This document shows positions 18,481-29,202 of a stretch of 64,000 bases of DNA, in pieces. Each line of letters begins with the position of its first letter. The stretch's first letter is position 1. Below the pieces are notes generated by a model. It was given only the letters and a program-made list of their open reading frames with translations. It did no database searches and was not told the DNA's origin. Source of the DNA: an uncultured Spirochaetota bacterium. Its GTDB lineage: Bacteria > Spirochaetota > Spirochaetia > SZUA-6 > Fen-1364. The position numbers were made by a program, and so were the translations under genes. The stretch lies in contig CAWJSK010000015.1 of NCBI GenBank assembly GCA_963845535.1, forward strand, positions 1-64,000, in the 5' to 3' direction.

Positions 18481-18684
18481 AAGCAACAGACCCGCGCGTG
18501 GCGTGTCTGGTTGACGTCTGGGAAAAGGGCCTGCCGCGAGGCAGAGCAAGCCCTCTCCGCACGTTATCCCTTTCCACTTTCCCTGAACGAACCCTATTGT
18601 AGCATATTTTTCGCAGGACGGCATGCGTGGAAATTACGTATTTTTGTGGGCGCCTTTTGCGTGCTGGGGCCTCAGTGGGCGCCC

Positions 18685-19466
<782 letters not shown>

Positions 19467-19470
<4 letters not shown>

Positions 19471-20477
19471 TTGAAGTGGTCCCATCCCGACGCTCCAAGA
19501 GGCATCGTCTTCCCGTCCGGCAGGACAAGCTGTGAGGTTTCCTCAGGGGGAAGGATCTCCCCGATTATGGTGACAGGCGTGCCCGTCTCCGCGGTGATCC
19601 TTTGCGCCAGCCTCTCCGCGCGCCCGGGGGGCGCGGTCATCATCAGCTCGTAGTCCTCCCCGCCGTGCAGGGCGAAGTGCCATTCGTCTCCGCGCGCGGC
19701 CTGGGCAAGCGCTCTGTTCTCGGGACGCACGGGAAGGCGGGCCGCCTCCACGCGCGCGCTCACGCGGCTTTTTTCGCAAATGTGGCCGAGGTCCCCCGCC
19801 ACGCCGTCGCTTACGTCTATCATCGAGGTGGCTTGCCGAAGCGCGCCAATCAGCGCCCCTTCCTTCACGCGCGGGGTGGGGGAGTACTGGCGCTCGGTTG
19901 CCGTGACGGCGTAGGACTCATCCGTCTTCAGCGTCTTGTCGAGGAGGAGCGCCACGCCGGCCGCGGCATCCCCCACGCTTCCCGTGACCATGATCCTGTC
20001 CCCCGGCTTTGCTCCGGACCTGAGCACCACGTTTTCCCGCAGGGTCTCCCCCAGGAGAAAAACGTCAATGAACATGCCCAGCCGGGTCTTCGAGACATTG
20101 CCGCCCACGATCTCCACCCCGTATCTTTCCCCTTCTTCGCGAAGCCCCACATACAGCTCGTCGATGAAGGCCACCTCCAGGTCTTTGGGCAGTCCCAGGG
20201 ACACCAGGGCAAACCGGGGAATCCCGCCGGCGGAGGCGATGTCGCTCAAGTTGATGGCCAGCGCCTTGCGGCCGAGGCTTTTCGGCGGGATGGAGTCCCT
20301 GAGGAAATGGGCGCCTTCCACCTGGACGTCGCACGTGGCAAGCCACACGCTTTCCGCGGAGCCCTCCAGCACGGCAACGTCATCCCCTATTCCAACCACC
20401 ACGTTCGGCCCCGGCTCCGGCAGCGCCGAACGGATCCTGTCGATGAGCCCGAACTCACCCAACTGGTCGATCTTCAT
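19467..20477 (-). CDS. thiL: Thiamine-monophosphate kinase
   Basis: GEFGLI, GIGDDVAV, NLSDIAS.GG, IDVSDG, GGEDYEL, GWDHF. Confidence 0.96.
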
Positions 20478-20544
20478 GACTTCCTCACTTTTTCGCGCAT
20501 GGGCGCGAGCGTCAACCCCTCACGCAGGTCACCCCTCACGCAGG

Positions 20545-21186
20545 TCAGCGACGCGTGGCTTTCCGCGCGGCTTCTTTCACCGCGTCGGCAATGGCGCGCG
20601 CCGCCGCCTCCACGTCCTGTGCTCCTACAATCGCGGAAACCACGGCCAACCCCGCGGCGCCCGCAAGCATGACAGCGCGCGCGTTCTGCGCGTTCATGCC
20701 GCCAATGGCCACAACGGGGATGCTCACCGCGCCAGCCAATTTCCGCAGGCCTTCCACGCCCATGGGGGCCGGCGCGTCGGGCTTGGTGGGCGTTGCAAAA
20801 ACGGGGCTCGCGCCAATGTAGTCCGCCCCTTCCTCCTCCGCCCTCCGCGCCTCATCCACGTTTCCCGCGGAGACACCAAGGATCCTCCCTTTGCCAATGA
20901 GCCTGCGGGCAAGCGGGGCCGGCATGTCGTCCTGCCCCACGTGCACGCCGTCGGCGTCCACCGCCAGCGCCACGTCTATCCTGTCGTTGACGATAAAGGG
21001 CACGCCGGCAGCCCTGCAGAGCTGCCGAAGCTCCCGCGCCTCAGCGATCATCCGGCGCGTGCTTGCGGCTTTCTCCCGGTACTGAACCACCGTGACGCCA
21101 CCTCGAATGGCGGCTTCCACCACCTGCGTGTGTGTCCTTCCCGGGGAGAGCCCCGCGTCAGTCACAAGGTAGAGTGTGTAATCCAA
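20545..21186 (-). CDS. thiE: Thiamine-phosphate synthase
   Basis: LYLVTD, VQYREK, VNDRIDVA..DGVHVGQDD, TPTKPD, AIGG. Confidence 0.97.
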   Translation of the reverse strand: MDYTLYLVTDAGLSPGRTHTQVVEAAIRGGVTVVQYREKAASTRRMIAEARELRQLCRAAGVPFIVNDRIDVALAVDADGVHVGQDDMPAPLARRLIGKGRILGVSAGNVDEARRAEEEGADYIGASPVFATPTKPDAPAPMGVEGLRKLAGAVSIPVVAIGGMNAQNARAVMLAGAAGLAVVSAIVGAQDVEAAARAIADAVKEAARKATRR

Positions 21187-21192
21187 AGGTTT

Positions 21193-22023
21193 TCAGCCCA
21201 CGTCCACAATGCGGGCGCCCTTGGTCACATCCGCCGGCGTGAGGTTGTACAGGCAATCGATCAGCGCGGTGCGGAAAGAGCCGGGGCCCCTGGCGCCACG
21301 CGCCGCGTTCTGCGCCGCAAGTCCGTACGCGGCCAGCGCCGCGGCGGTTGCCAGGAGCTTGTCGGACTCAACCGCGCAGAAGATGGCAATCACCGTGGTG
21401 GCCATGCATCCCGTGCCGGTCACCGTCTTCAGCAATTCGTGGCCATTGTCCACCCCGAACACACGGGTGCCGTCAGAGATGATGTCACGCTTGCCGGTGA
21501 TGGCAACGACGGTGGCCCTGCGCTTTGCAAGCTCCCGCGCCACCCCTGCCGGGTCCGCCACCCCTTGAACCGACTCCACGCCTTTGACCTCGCCGCCTGC
21601 TCCTGCAAGCGCACCCACCTCCCCCGAGTTGCCCCGCACCACGTCCAGGTGCAGTTCCTTCATGATCCGGTCCGCCGTATCGTTCCTGTACTTCGTTGCC
21701 CCTACGCCTACGGGGTCATAGACGATGGGGACGCCGCGCTCGTTTGCGCGCTTGCCGGCAATGATCATGGCGTCCACGAGGTCCGGGTACAGCGTGCCCG
21801 GGTTGAGCACCAGCGCCCCGGCGGCGCTGACCATTTCCGCCACTTCCTCCTTGGCGTGTGACATGACAGGCAGCGCTCCGAGGGCCAGCGTTGCGTTTGC
21901 CGTGTCGTTCATGACCACCCAGTTGGTCATGTGGTGGATCAACGGGTTGCGGTGATGGATGCGGTCCAGAAGCTCGGCGGCAAATGCGCCGAGGCTCTTT
22001 GTCTGAACGTCAGGTGCGGTCAT
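21193..22023 (-). CDS. thiM: Hydroxyethylthiazole kinase
   Basis: PLIHHMTN.VVMNDTAN..LALGALPVM, DPVGVGAT, VTGTGC; ATG 22023 overlaps the upstream stop. Confidence 0.95.
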   Translation of the reverse strand: MTAPDVQTKSLGAFAAELLDRIHHRNPLIHHMTNWVVMNDTANATLALGALPVMSHAKEEVAEMVSAAGALVLNPGTLYPDLVDAMIIAGKRANERGVPIVYDPVGVGATKYRNDTADRIMKELHLDVVRGNSGEVGALAGAGGEVKGVESVQGVADPAGVARELAKRRATVVAITGKRDIISDGTRVFGVDNGHELLKTVTGTGCMATTVIAIFCAVESDKLLATAAALAAYGLAAQNAARGARGPGSFRTALIDCLYNLTPADVTKGARIVDVG

Positions 22024-23396
22024 TCCTTTTTCCTCCAAATGATTCCTGCGAGAAGTGAGAGCACGAATGCCACGACAAAGCTGGGCAGAGAGCCGCCTGC
22101 AATCCCAAGAGAGGCAGGCACGATTTTCTGCCACGCGGGGAAAATGGCGCCCAGCGTGCCGGGGTTTGCAAGGTGATATGCGATGATTCCCAGAAACCAC
22201 ACGATGATGGCCGGGATGTTCACGCCCGCGGTGTACCAGTATGCCCCGCGGGTCTTGTAAAACTGATCCACGCGGTAGCGGCCGGCCCGAAGCACGAAGT
22301 AGTCCGCCGTGAGGATCCCGAACAGCGGCACGAAGAAGGACCCGATCACGAACAGGAAGTTCTGGTAGCGGGTGATGTCCAGGAAGACCGCCACAAGGAA
22401 GCACGCGGCGCCCAGCGCGGTGATGAGCCATCGCTGCTTCACCTTGGGGAACAGGTTCTGGATGGACACCGCGGATGAGTACAGGTCAGCCCACGCGTTG
22501 TGCGTTTCATCGGCAAGCAGGATGAGGAGCGCAACCCATCCCGCGGTAAGCGCAATGGCGGAGGCAAAGTCTTTCGGCGCCTGGGCAACCTTGGAGCCAA
22601 GGAGCAGCATGGCCCCCAGCGCAAGGAACCACGCGTTGGTAACGAAGAACCCGATCATCGTCCCCAGGAATCCCCGGCTCGTGGACTTGGAGAACCTGTT
22701 GTAGTCCGCAACCAGGGGAAGCCAGGAGATGGGAAGGGCAATCGCCAGGTCCACCCCGACGCCAAAAGAAAGGGATCCGTCTCCCGCCCGGCGCAGAAGA
22801 GCGTGAATGTCATAGCGCGTGAAGACCAGGACCGTGAGCCAGACGCCGGTGGCAAGGGCGATCCATACGGCGAACTTCTCAAGCCACTGGCGCACCACTC
22901 CGATGGGACCGCCCACTCCCATGAGGATGACGATCGCCGCAAAGACCGCGGCCCACACCGCGTAGCTGCCGGTGCCGAAGAGCGTGCGGGCAATGGTGGA
23001 AGCTGCCACGCCCATGACCACGAACTCGAAGATGGTCCACCCGACGAGCTGGAGCACGTTCAGCACGCTGGGCACGTAGCTCCCTCGCACCCCCAGCACG
23101 GGGCGCAGGAGCACCATGGTGGGCGCGCCGGTGGCGCTCCCCACCGCGCCAATCAGCGCCAGGAGGAGGCAGCCTCCGGCGCTTCCCACAAGGATTGCCA
23201 GGAGCGCCTCGCCGAGCCCCAGCCCCGGCACCAGGAACGTGCCTGCCAACATGACAAGGAGCCCAATCCCCAGGTCCCCCCAGAGGACAAGATAGTCCAT
23301 GAGGCCCAGGACCCGATGTGCCTGGGGAACAGGCTCGATCCCCCACTCGGGCGCTGCGTGCGTAATGATCCTTTGCATGACCTTCGAGGTCATCAT
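22020..23396 (-). CDS. cytX: NCS1-family thiamine-precursor transporter (CytX-like)
   Basis: Multi-TM; SWLPLVADYNRF, ADLYSSAVS, IGSFFVPLFGILTADYF; first gene after the TPP riboswitch. Confidence 0.82.
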   Translation of the reverse strand: MMTSKVMQRIITHAAPEWGIEPVPQAHRVLGLMDYLVLWGDLGIGLLVMLAGTFLVPGLGLGEALLAILVGSAGGCLLLALIGAVGSATGAPTMVLLRPVLGVRGSYVPSVLNVLQLVGWTIFEFVVMGVAASTIARTLFGTGSYAVWAAVFAAIVILMGVGGPIGVVRQWLEKFAVWIALATGVWLTVLVFTRYDIHALLRRAGDGSLSFGVGVDLAIALPISWLPLVADYNRFSKSTSRGFLGTMIGFFVTNAWFLALGAMLLLGSKVAQAPKDFASAIALTAGWVALLILLADETHNAWADLYSSAVSIQNLFPKVKQRWLITALGAACFLVAVFLDITRYQNFLFVIGSFFVPLFGILTADYFVLRAGRYRVDQFYKTRGAYWYTAGVNIPAIIVWFLGIIAYHLANPGTLGAIFPAWQKIVPASLGIAGGSLPSFVVAFVLSLLAGIIWRKKE

Positions 23397-23423
23397 GAGA
23401 GCCCCCCTGTTGGGGCAGGCGAT

Positions 23424-23460
23424 AAAAAAAGGCCGCCCCGAATGTTCGCCGGGGCGGCCT
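23424..23460 (-). terminator. Intrinsic terminator of the riboswitch expression platform
   Basis: GGCCGCCCCG stem / CGGGGCGGCC followed by U7 on the minus strand, between the aptamer and cytX. Confidence 0.85.
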
Positions 23461-23472
23461 GCATGTGCCGGA

Positions 23473-23567
23473 TTACCGTCCCTGCGCTGGCATTATCCAG
23501 ATCAGGTTCAACGGGTCGGCGGCTGACAGCCGCCATCTCAGCCCGGTCACACCGAGCCCCCCGAAAA
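23473..23567 (-). ncRNA. TPP riboswitch
   Basis: Minus strand GGGG..GCTGAGA..GACCCGTTGAACCTGATCTGGATAATGCCAGCGCAGGGA matches the THI-box consensus. Confidence 0.97.
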
Positions 23568-23587
23568 AATGTCTTGCTTCCGGATCA

Positions 23588-23653
23588 AATGTAGCGACAA
23601 GGGGCGGGCGCGTCAACGCCGCTTTTGACACCTCCCCGCAAGTCCGCTATAGT
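23588..23653. promoter_or_regulatory. Divergent sigma-70 promoters
   Basis: Minus: TTGACG-N17-TACATT (23616-23588). Plus: TTGACA-N17-TATAGT (23625-23653). Confidence 0.75.
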
Positions 23654-23673
23654 CTGCGCCAGGAGGACAAAAC

Positions 23674-24660
23674 GTGGCTGACGGCAAAAAGGGGACTTTC
23701 GCTGACCTTCTGGACGGCACGTGGAACCTGGTCTCACGCACATGGATGACGTCATTGGTCCTTGGCGGGGTGCTTTTCATCCCTTCCGCATACCTGTTCG
23801 GCTGGGCGTATGGGGCATTCATGGACGGTTTCAAAGGCATTGCGGAAATGGGGCGGCAGGATCCCGCCACTTTGCTGTCCACCTTGGGGATTGCCTACCT
23901 GTGGATTTTCCTGGCAGCCCTCGTGCAAGGCGTGCTCTTTCTCTTTGTCCGCGCCTGTGTCACAGAGCATTCGGCGCGCGCCGTCCGCGGTGAGCCGGCC
24001 AATACGTTCACCATTGCCCTGCACGTCATGACGCACACGTACCTCAGGCTCCTTGGCCAGAGGATCCTCCAGATGGTCATCCTTTCAATCACGTTCGGCG
24101 CAGCCGTCCTCATCACGAGCGTCGCAGCGGGAATCCTTGCTTCTCTTCATCTGATTGCCTTGGCCGTTCTGGCAGGTTGTCTTCTCGGCCTGGCAGGCCT
24201 TGGAGTTTCCATCTGGATTGCCATACGCTACACGGTTACTCTGGAGTCCATGGTGGTTGACGGCACCGGGATCGATCAGAGCTTCGACCAGAGCATGGCC
24301 CTGGTCAGGCGCCGGTGGTGGCGGGTGTTCGGCTACACGCTGCTCTTTGGCCTCATGGTGAGCTTCGCGTCCACCCTCATCGGCACCCCAATCATGTTCT
24401 TCTCCACCATCCGCCAGTTCATGCACGCGCTGGAATCCGTGCTCAGGGATGCATCCGGACCGCGCAGCGCGAACGCCGTGTTCATGCAGCTTCTTGTGGG
24501 CCTGGGCAGGAGGCTCGGGATATTGCAGTACATCCAGAGCCTGATTGCGGGATTCGTGACGCCTGTTTTCATGACGCTGCTCTTTCTCGAGCTGAAGAGG
24601 CCTGAGCCTGAGCCCGCGCCGTTGCCGCAGGAAGCTCTTCCCGCAGGGACCGGCTCGTGA
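23674..24660 (+). CDS. Integral membrane protein (GDPD membrane-anchor-like)
   Basis: Multiple TMs; SMALVRRRWWRVFG motif; AGGAGG RBS. Confidence 0.7.
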   Translation: MADGKKGTFADLLDGTWNLVSRTWMTSLVLGGVLFIPSAYLFGWAYGAFMDGFKGIAEMGRQDPATLLSTLGIAYLWIFLAALVQGVLFLFVRACVTEHSARAVRGEPANTFTIALHVMTHTYLRLLGQRILQMVILSITFGAAVLITSVAAGILASLHLIALAVLAGCLLGLAGLGVSIWIAIRYTVTLESMVVDGTGIDQSFDQSMALVRRRWWRVFGYTLLFGLMVSFASTLIGTPIMFFSTIRQFMHALESVLRDASGPRSANAVFMQLLVGLGRRLGILQYIQSLIAGFVTPVFMTLLFLELKRPEPEPAPLPQEALPAGTGS

Positions 24661-25616
24661 GGCCCCGGCCCCAAGCGGTCCTTGACGGAGCCTGGGAGAA
24701 GCCGGGCCGCAATCCGGTGGGAGCGGGCGTTGCCGGTCTCCTGATCACCGGCGCGCTCTACACAACCGTTGGCGGCCTGATCCTTTCCGTTGTTGCGCTC
24801 ATTGTCTCCGCCCATGACAAGTCGTGGGTGAGGACTGACAACTTCGTCGATTTTCTCCTGAGCTACTATCAGAAGTTCCAGATTCCCATCCTCGTGGTGA
24901 CCGCGGTCATGGAGTTCGCGGTCTTCTTCGGAATGACGCTTCTCCTTGTCCGCGCGTGGCACTCCAGCCAGCCGACGCGCTACCTGTCTTACCATCCCCC
25001 CGCCGCGCTGGACCTGGTCCTTGCGGGACTGGGGGCAGTGGCGGTTGTGCCTATTGCGGAGCTCCTGGATAGCTGGTCCTACATCCTTTTTCCCGTGCTC
25101 CGCGAGCTGCGCGGCGGGGAGTCATCCCTCCTCTCCGTTCACTCCGCAGGACAGACAGCGCTCGTGATATTCGCGGTGTCCATCACGCCGGCAATCTGTG
25201 AAGAAGCGATTTTCCGCGGCTGGCTCCAACACACCATCAGGCGCAAGGCTTCTGCTGCGGCCTCCATCATCATCACAGGGGTGATTTTTGCGCTGTTCCA
25301 CATGAGCCCGCTGTCCATAGCGGCGCTTGCCTTCGTGGGCTTCTACCTCGGCTACCTCTTCGAGCGCAGCGGGACGCTGTACGCCTCCATGACCGCGCAC
25401 GGCATCTACAACCTGACCATCATCGCGCTCGTCAACGTGAAGCTGACGTGGCCCTGGCTGATGACCAGCTCTGGGGACATCGCGCTCCCAGCCATGCTCG
25501 GGTCAGTGGTGGTGTTTGCCCTTGTGATTCTGGGGATCGAGCTGAAAGCGCGGTGGCAAGACTCTGAGGCCGGCAGCCCGTTGGAGCCACGGGAGTCCCC
25601 CGCGGGTTTGCGCTGA
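24657..25616 (+). CDS. CPBP (Abi/CAAX type II) intramembrane protease
   Basis: CEEAIFRG, FALFH, HGIYN motifs. Confidence 0.9.
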   Translation: MRPRPQAVLDGAWEKPGRNPVGAGVAGLLITGALYTTVGGLILSVVALIVSAHDKSWVRTDNFVDFLLSYYQKFQIPILVVTAVMEFAVFFGMTLLLVRAWHSSQPTRYLSYHPPAALDLVLAGLGAVAVVPIAELLDSWSYILFPVLRELRGGESSLLSVHSAGQTALVIFAVSITPAICEEAIFRGWLQHTIRRKASAAASIIITGVIFALFHMSPLSIAALAFVGFYLGYLFERSGTLYASMTAHGIYNLTIIALVNVKLTWPWLMTSSGDIALPAMLGSVVVFALVILGIELKARWQDSEAGSPLEPRESPAGLR

Positions 25617-25695
25617 GCCGGCCAATCGCCAGGCGACACCAATCGCCAGGCGCGCTTGACTTCGCTCTGAGCGTTCCCTATCATTTGCGCAGACT

Positions 25696-26937
25696 ATGGA
25701 CAGCGCGCGCCACTGGAGCCCTCATCGCGACGGAGCCGTCCGGAAGCAGTCGCGTCCAGCGCCAGGCGGCACACGCGGCCGCGTCCGCGCCTGGCGGGCG
25801 CGAGATGCGCTGAGCGCGTACCTGTTCATCAGCCCGTCGGCGCTCATCATTACCGTTTTCGGGATATTCCCGCTCTTTTTCACGTTCGCCATCAGCCTCT
25901 TCAAGTGGCGGCTCACGCGGGGAAGCTTTCTGGGGCTTGGCAACTACGAGTCGCTGTTCGGCGCAAGCCTTGCTCCGCTCCTGGCCCTTGTCGCTTCCAT
26001 TGGCGGAATCGTCGTTGCCGCTTTCCTTCTGCGTCAGACCGCCGCGTCCGGCTTGGGTCTGCGCAGGGCGGGGGCGCTCGTTCTCCTTGCAGCCTCCCTC
26101 GGCGGACTTTTTTTCTCCCTGCCCGTCCTGGCATCGCAGGGAGACGGGGAAGTCTTCGATTCCCTGCGCGTGACGATCTGGTACACGGTCCTTACCGTCC
26201 CGGTCCAGCTCGTCCTCGGTCTATCCGTCGCGCTCCTTCTCACGCGCAAGGTGCGGGGGAGGCAGGCGTTCCGCGTCATGTTCCTCCTTCCCTATATCGC
26301 CCCCACCGTTGCAACCGCGGCGGTCTTCGAGCTGCTGTTTTCCCTGAGGCCTGACTCGTTCGCGAACCAGCTCATCGGTCTCCTGGGAGCCCGTCCGCTG
26401 CAGTGGCTGCAGGAGCCCCGAGGGATCATCCCGCTCATCTTCGGCATGGGACAGCAGCCGCCGTCAGCGGCGGTCATTTCTTCCTACTGGATGGCGTGGG
26501 CGCGCGGCCCGAGCCTTGCCCTCGTCTCCATCGTCTTTTTTAGCTGGTGGGTGTTTGTCGGCTACTACGCGCTCATCTACATCAACGGGCTGGGGTCCAT
26601 CCCGCGCCAGCTTTACGAAGCCGCGGAAGTGGATGGAGCGGGGAAAGTCCGCACCTTCTTCTCCGTCACGGTCCCCCTGCTTTCCCCCACCACGTATTTC
26701 CTGACTCTTCTGGGCGTGATCGGGACGTTCAAGGCGTTCACGCACCTCTACGTCCTTCGCACGGCCGCCGCGGCGGGAACCGCTGATCCCATCAGCATCG
26801 AGATCTTCTTCACGTTTTTCCGAAAGGCCCAGCTCGGATACGCTTCGGCCATTTCCATCATTCTCTTCCTCACCGTGCTCGGGTTGACCCTGATCCAGCA
26901 GAGGACGTTCGAAAGGCGAGTCTCCTATGGCGATTGA
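25696..26937 (+). CDS. Carbohydrate ABC transporter permease
   Basis: YEAAEVDGA EAA motif; GYASAISIILF. Confidence 0.9.
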   Translation: MDSARHWSPHRDGAVRKQSRPAPGGTRGRVRAWRARDALSAYLFISPSALIITVFGIFPLFFTFAISLFKWRLTRGSFLGLGNYESLFGASLAPLLALVASIGGIVVAAFLLRQTAASGLGLRRAGALVLLAASLGGLFFSLPVLASQGDGEVFDSLRVTIWYTVLTVPVQLVLGLSVALLLTRKVRGRQAFRVMFLLPYIAPTVATAAVFELLFSLRPDSFANQLIGLLGARPLQWLQEPRGIIPLIFGMGQQPPSAAVISSYWMAWARGPSLALVSIVFFSWWVFVGYYALIYINGLGSIPRQLYEAAEVDGAGKVRTFFSVTVPLLSPTTYFLTLLGVIGTFKAFTHLYVLRTAAAAGTADPISIEIFFTFFRKAQLGYASAISIILFLTVLGLTLIQQRTFERRVSYGD

Positions 26938-27811
26938 AACGGAGCCGATCACTCGCGCCGGCCCGCCGCGTCCCCGGCTCACCGCGGGCAGGGTGATCCT
27001 GTATGCCGCCCTCTCCCTCGGCGGGCTCGTCTGCATCCTTCCTTTCCTGTACATGGCGAGCACGTCGCTCAAGTCCTCCGCGGAGACGATCACCCGGGTC
27101 AGCCCTCTTCCCTTCACGCCTGACTTCTGGCCTACAGTATTGCGGGTAAGCAACTACGGTGAGGCATGGACGCGCGCCAGCTTCAGCCTGTATTTCCGCA
27201 ACAGCGTCATCACGGCCGCCGTGACCGTGGCCGGCGTGATCCTCACGTCGAGCCTTGCCGCGTACGCTTTTGCAAAGATCAGGTTTCCGGGATCACGACA
27301 GTTGTTTGCCGTCCTCCTGGCAACGCTGATCATTCCCGAAAGCGTGTACCTTGTCCCCAACTTCATCATCGTGACGCGCCTGGGATGGTACGACACGCTG
27401 GCCGCGCTTACCGTCCCGTTCATGGCGAGCGCTTTTTACATCTTCCTCTTGCGGCAATTCTTCGCGCAGATCCCCAACGAGCTGGTGGAGAGCGCCCGCA
27501 TTGACGGCGCGGGGCACGCGAGGTCCCTCGTCTCCATCGTGCTTCCTCTTTCGGGAGCGCCCCTGTTTACCGTGGCATTCCTTGCATTCGTCGGATCATG
27601 GAACTCGCTCCAATGGCCTCTGGTGGCCACACGCACCTCTCGGTGGCGGCCCATCACGGTGGGGCTCACCACGTTCATTTCCGACGCGGGACCGGAGAAT
27701 CAGCTCATCATGGCCGGGGCGGTGATCGCCATCCTGCCGGTCGTCCTCCTGTATTTCGTCGCGCAGAAGCAGTTCACGGAGGCAATCGCACGGAGCGGGA
27801 TCAAGGGATGA
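26927..27811 (+). CDS. Carbohydrate ABC transporter permease
   Basis: LVESARIDGA, WNSLQWPL, AQKQFTEAI. Confidence 0.92.
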   Translation: MAIETEPITRAGPPRPRLTAGRVILYAALSLGGLVCILPFLYMASTSLKSSAETITRVSPLPFTPDFWPTVLRVSNYGEAWTRASFSLYFRNSVITAAVTVAGVILTSSLAAYAFAKIRFPGSRQLFAVLLATLIIPESVYLVPNFIIVTRLGWYDTLAALTVPFMASAFYIFLLRQFFAQIPNELVESARIDGAGHARSLVSIVLPLSGAPLFTVAFLAFVGSWNSLQWPLVATRTSRWRPITVGLTTFISDAGPENQLIMAGAVIAILPVVLLYFVAQKQFTEAIARSGIKG

Positions 27812-27877
27812 CGACGAGGTGACGACGCGGACCGCATGATTGTGCAGTATCGGGTGATGAGACGGAAAGGAGTCGAT

Positions 27878-29179
27878 ATGAGGAAGGTTGTCCTGGCCCT
27901 GGCCGTTTTGGCGGCGCCCATGATCCTTCATGCCCAGGGAAGCCCTCTTGCCGGAGTGGATCCCACAGGCGCCAGGATCACGTTCTGGTACCAGCACTCC
28001 GGGGACCGAGACAAGGCCATGCAGGCCATGCTGGATGAGTTCAACTCGACGAACCAATGGAAGATCACCGTCCGCGGCGAGTATGCGGGGCCCTACGACC
28101 AGATCTACAACAAGATGGTTGCCTCCATTGCGGCGGGAAGGCCGCCAGAGCTGGTGGTTGCCTACCAGAACCAGGCCGCAACCTACGACGGCGCCCTCGT
28201 GGATCTCAACCCGTACGTCAATGATCCCACGTGGGGCATCACGGGAGAGCTGGGGGATTTCTTTGCAGGGTTCATCAACCAGGACATCTCCGCCCAGCTC
28301 GGGGGCAAGAGGCTCGGGTTCCCGCCCAACAGGTCCATCGAGGTGCTGTTTTACAACGAGGCAATGCTCAGGCGGGCGGGGATCAACGCGCCTCCGCGCA
28401 CGTGGGACGAGTTTGCCGCCGACTGCCGACGGGTGACCAGCAATACCGCGGGAACCTACGGCTATGCCCTGGACAGCCTGGATGCCTCCCACGTCTTCTC
28501 ATTCGTGATCTCCCGCGGCGGCACGTTCACCACTCCTGACGGCAGGGGGTACGCCCTCGACTCTCCCCAGATGAGAGAGTCGATGCTGTTCATGCGGCGG
28601 CTCGTCACCGGGGGATGGGCCCGCAAGATCGCAAAGAAGTTCGATGACCAGAGCGAGTTCGGAAACGCGCAGTGCGCCTTCACGATGAGCTCCACGTCCG
28701 GACTGACCTTCTATGCGGCCGCGGTGAAGGCGGGCAAGAACGGGCAGTTTCCGTGGAGCATTGCCGCCATCCCCCAGTCCAAGCCAACCGACGAGCCGGT
28801 TATCGACCTGTACGGAGCAAGCGTCAGCGTGCCCAAAACGACGCCCCAGAAGCAGCTTGCCGCGTGGCTCTTCATCAAGTGGTTTTCCGAGCCCCGCCAG
28901 CAGGCGGCCTGGACCCACGTGTCCCTCTACTTCCCCGTGAGAAAGTCGGCGGAGCCCCTCATCAGGGATATCCTCCGCTCTGACCCCCGCTTTTCCACCG
29001 CCTGGGAGCTTCTCAAGCGGGCAGACCTCCGGTCGGAGCCTTCGTTCGTCGGCTATGACCTCGTGCGGGACGCCATCAGCGCGGCGTACAACAAGGTGCT
29101 GGACGGCGCGGACCTGGATTCCACCGTAGCGGCGCTGCAAGCCCAGGCGCAGAAGATCCTGAAGGATTCCTCGCCGTGA
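27878..29179 (+). CDS. Carbohydrate ABC substrate-binding protein (UgpB-like)
   Basis: Signal peptide; ITFWY, PPNRSIEVLFYN, PRTWDE, AAWLFIKW; AAGGAG RBS. Confidence 0.88.
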   Translation: MRKVVLALAVLAAPMILHAQGSPLAGVDPTGARITFWYQHSGDRDKAMQAMLDEFNSTNQWKITVRGEYAGPYDQIYNKMVASIAAGRPPELVVAYQNQAATYDGALVDLNPYVNDPTWGITGELGDFFAGFINQDISAQLGGKRLGFPPNRSIEVLFYNEAMLRRAGINAPPRTWDEFAADCRRVTSNTAGTYGYALDSLDASHVFSFVISRGGTFTTPDGRGYALDSPQMRESMLFMRRLVTGGWARKIAKKFDDQSEFGNAQCAFTMSSTSGLTFYAAAVKAGKNGQFPWSIAAIPQSKPTDEPVIDLYGASVSVPKTTPQKQLAAWLFIKWFSEPRQQAAWTHVSLYFPVRKSAEPLIRDILRSDPRFSTAWELLKRADLRSEPSFVGYDLVRDAISAAYNKVLDGADLDSTVAALQAQAQKILKDSSP

Positions 29180-29202
29180 GGCGCCTCGCCGTGAGGCGCC
29201 AG

